From a virus (Duplodnaviria > Caudoviricetes), in the IMG/VR virus record IMGVR_UViG_3300025282_000055, positions 1-48,872 of that record: 48,872 bases of DNA. The stretch is one strand, 5' to 3'. Below the pieces are notes generated by a model, which ran no database searches, was not told where the DNA came from, and saw only the letters and a program-made list of their open reading frames with translations. Numbering within the stretch: position 1 is the first letter of the stretch; each line of letters opens with the position of its first letter. A program made the translations under genes and the position numbers. Below, in pieces: positions 46,957 to 48,872 of the stretch.

Positions 46957-47727
46957 ATGTTACATATAAGTAATGGTTTGAATAATAGAAAAAGAAGGAC
47001 TGATCTATCAAGGTTTACTACTACCTTTACATCTGGTAGTAGTGACTATGTAGTTGTAGCTAATCATGCTGATTTACAAGTAACCGATACTGGAGGTGCT
47101 AATGATTTTTCTATAGCATTTTGGATTAAGTTGACTGTAGATGCTTCTAGTACTAGCAACTTAGATGGATATATTGGTATGAAAGCTGGAGCATTTAGAG
47201 GACATGGGTTTTACATGAGATATGACGATGCTGCTGGAGATGATGAATCAATACAACTTGTGTGTAATACTGGAAGTGCTTCTCAAAATGTTTCAACAGA
47301 TACAGATTTAGTTCATGATAATTGGTATCATATAGCTGCAACATTTGATCAAAGTGCAACAACTGGTAAGATTTATGTTGATGGAAGCTTAAGTGCTACT
47401 AATGCAAGTTTAAATGTTCCAACTCAATATACGGGAGATATTCATATAGGATCATCTAATACTGATAGTGAATTTGTTTCATCTATTACAAGTGAGTTAG
47501 TTTTTTGGAAGGGGACTGTATTAGATGCAGAGAGTATATTTGGATTAACAGAAGCTAGTCAGAATTTAAAATATTTTCGCCCAGCACCCACGGCATATTG
47601 GAAATTTAATGAAGATAGTGCAACAGGTAGTAATAATGTAATAGATGAGATGGGAACTCATCATGGAACATCATCAGGATTGGCAGATGCTGATTTTGAT
47701 ACAGCTGGCTCATCAACAGGAGTGTAA
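46957..47727 (+). CDS. LamG/concanavalin A-like virion protein
   Basis: 'FSIAFWIK...NWYHIAATFD...IYVDG...AYWKFNE'. Confidence 0.8.
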   Translation: MLHISNGLNNRKRRTDLSRFTTTFTSGSSDYVVVANHADLQVTDTGGANDFSIAFWIKLTVDASSTSNLDGYIGMKAGAFRGHGFYMRYDDAAGDDESIQLVCNTGSASQNVSTDTDLVHDNWYHIAATFDQSATTGKIYVDGSLSATNASLNVPTQYTGDIHIGSSNTDSEFVSSITSELVFWKGTVLDAESIFGLTEASQNLKYFRPAPTAYWKFNEDSATGSNNVIDEMGTHHGTSSGLADADFDTAGSSTGV

Positions 47728-47729
47728 TA

Positions 47730-47891
47730 ATGGATTTAGATACATTAAAATCAGTAGTAATTGGAGGCGGAGGAATGACAGTGCAATTTATGGATTTTTT
47801 ACCAGACTTAATTAAGATTGGAGTTGGAATAATTACTATTATATATTTTGCATATAAGATAGCTTTATTGAGAAAAGAGCTAAATAAATAA
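47730..47891 (+). CDS. Small membrane protein, holin-like (53 aa; not in ORF track)
   Basis: MDLDTLKSVVIGGGGMTVQF...IGVGIITIIYFAYKIALLRKELNK. Confidence 0.5.
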   Translation: MDLDTLKSVVIGGGGMTVQFMDFLPDLIKIGVGIITIIYFAYKIALLRKELNK

Positions 47892-47910
47892 ACAAATAAA
47901 GGGGGAAGTT

Positions 47911-48687
47911 ATGGATAAAGGCGTTGTTAAGAGAGTCATTGTAACACCAGATAAACATTTTCCGTTACATGATCAGCCAGCCATAAATTGTTTGAAGAAG
48001 ACAATAGAAATAGTTAAACCTGATGCTTATATAGATCTTGGAGATGTTGGTGAATGGCATGCATTTAGTGCCTGGAGATTTAAAAGAAAAAAAGCTCCGC
48101 CATTAGAATACTTAATAGATGATTTTGATAAGGATGTAAAAGATGTTAACTCTGGAATGGACCAAATTGATGAAGTTTTGGATAAAGCAGGTTGTAAAGA
48201 AAAATATATTACTGAGGGTAATCATGATAATTGGCTTAATTATGCAGTTGAAAAGTACCCCTATATACCTCAGTATAAATTTGCTAATGCTGTTAAGCTT
48301 GATGACCGTGGGTACAAATATCACAAGTTTGGAAAGTGCCTTAAAATGGGAAAACTTTACTTTTATCATGGTCATCAATATGGCGGTCAATATCATACTG
48401 CTAATCATCTTAGGAAATTAGGATGCAATGTAATGTATGGACATTGGCATGATTTACAACAGATGTCAGCAACTCATATGGATGGTCCAAAAAGCGCATG
48501 GAGTATTGGGTGTCTTAAGGATATGGGTCCTGAGTCAAATGAATGGCTTGGGGGTAGACCGATTAATTGGGCGCATGCATTTGCAATCGTTGATTTTTAT
48601 GCTAGAGGATTGTTTGCAGTTCATATTATACAGATAATAAATGGGAAAACATCATTATGGGGAGAACTTATTGATGGAGGAAAGTAA
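47911..48687 (+). CDS. Calcineurin-like metallophosphoesterase
   Basis: 'PDKH', 'LGDV', 'GNHD', 'YHGH', 'GHWH' motifs in order. Confidence 0.9.
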   Translation: MDKGVVKRVIVTPDKHFPLHDQPAINCLKKTIEIVKPDAYIDLGDVGEWHAFSAWRFKRKKAPPLEYLIDDFDKDVKDVNSGMDQIDEVLDKAGCKEKYITEGNHDNWLNYAVEKYPYIPQYKFANAVKLDDRGYKYHKFGKCLKMGKLYFYHGHQYGGQYHTANHLRKLGCNVMYGHWHDLQQMSATHMDGPKSAWSIGCLKDMGPESNEWLGGRPINWAHAFAIVDFYARGLFAVHIIQIINGKTSLWGELIDGGK

Positions 48688-48872
48688 TGGATATTTTACA
48701 AATACTGGAACAGTTTGGAATACCTGTAGCGATGACAATAGCGTTTGGATTTTTTATATGGAGGCAAAACAAGTTCATACAGGAAACACTAATGACAGAA
48801 CTAGACCAAGACTTCAAGAGGTTGGAAGGTATTATTATTAAATTAATAGATCAGCAGAAGTTGGTTCAAATG
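48687..48872 (+). CDS. Holin-like membrane protein, 3'-truncated (not in ORF track)
   Basis: MDILQILEQFGIPVAMTIAFGFFIWRQNK... single TM then coiled coil; TAATG coupling and GGAGG RBS; open to window end. Confidence 0.55.
   Translation, partial: MDILQILEQFGIPVAMTIAFGFFIWRQNKFIQETLMTELDQDFKRLEGIIIKLIDQQKLVQM

Noticed and set aside
126-48841. Short antisense or alternate-frame ORFs in the track (e.g. 126, 1602, 1774, 6798, 9342, 14250, 15844, 16173, 18101, 20229, 21597, 25978, 26307, 27023, 27919, 32136, 34593, 34631, 35159, 35863, 39300, 40707, 41263, 41886, 46434, 48112, 48143, 48437, 48641)
   Set aside because: Largely or fully nested in well-supported genes, with no RBS or motifs.
1-48872. 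Genome-wide stop-codon reassignment
   Set aside because: The standard code gives intact long genes (TerL, portal, MCP, 3061-aa protein) and dense coding.
1-48872. Prophage or mobile element
   Set aside because: No integrase, repressor switch, transposase or host genes recognised in the window.

Overview
AT-rich dsDNA tailed-phage (podovirus-like) sequence, probably most of a genome and apparently opened inside the late tail/lysis region. Layout: (i) 1-18.4 kb, + strand: tail genes and putative internal (ejected) virion proteins, including a 3061-aa protein with two-barrel RNA polymerase motifs (DGDGD); (ii) 18.4-30.3 kb, - strand: early/replication block with a Holliday junction resolvase, AEP primase-helicase, SSB-like protein, a circularly permuted Sak4-like ATPase, and a complete ubiquitin-like conjugation operon (Ubl with GG plus a cleavable tail, E2-like, JAB peptidase, E1/ThiF), with intergenic inverted repeats and two long structured non-coding stretches; (iii) 30.5-48.9 kb, + strand: lysozyme, terminase, P22-like portal, scaffold, major capsid, adaptor/tail genes, LamG proteins, a metallophosphoesterase and holin-like genes. 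No DNA polymerase, integrase, tRNA or CRISPR array was recognised. The main candidate for a novel system is the phage-encoded Ubl-E2-JAB-E1 operon at 24430-28217. All calls come from reading motifs by eye; no database searches or folding programs were run.
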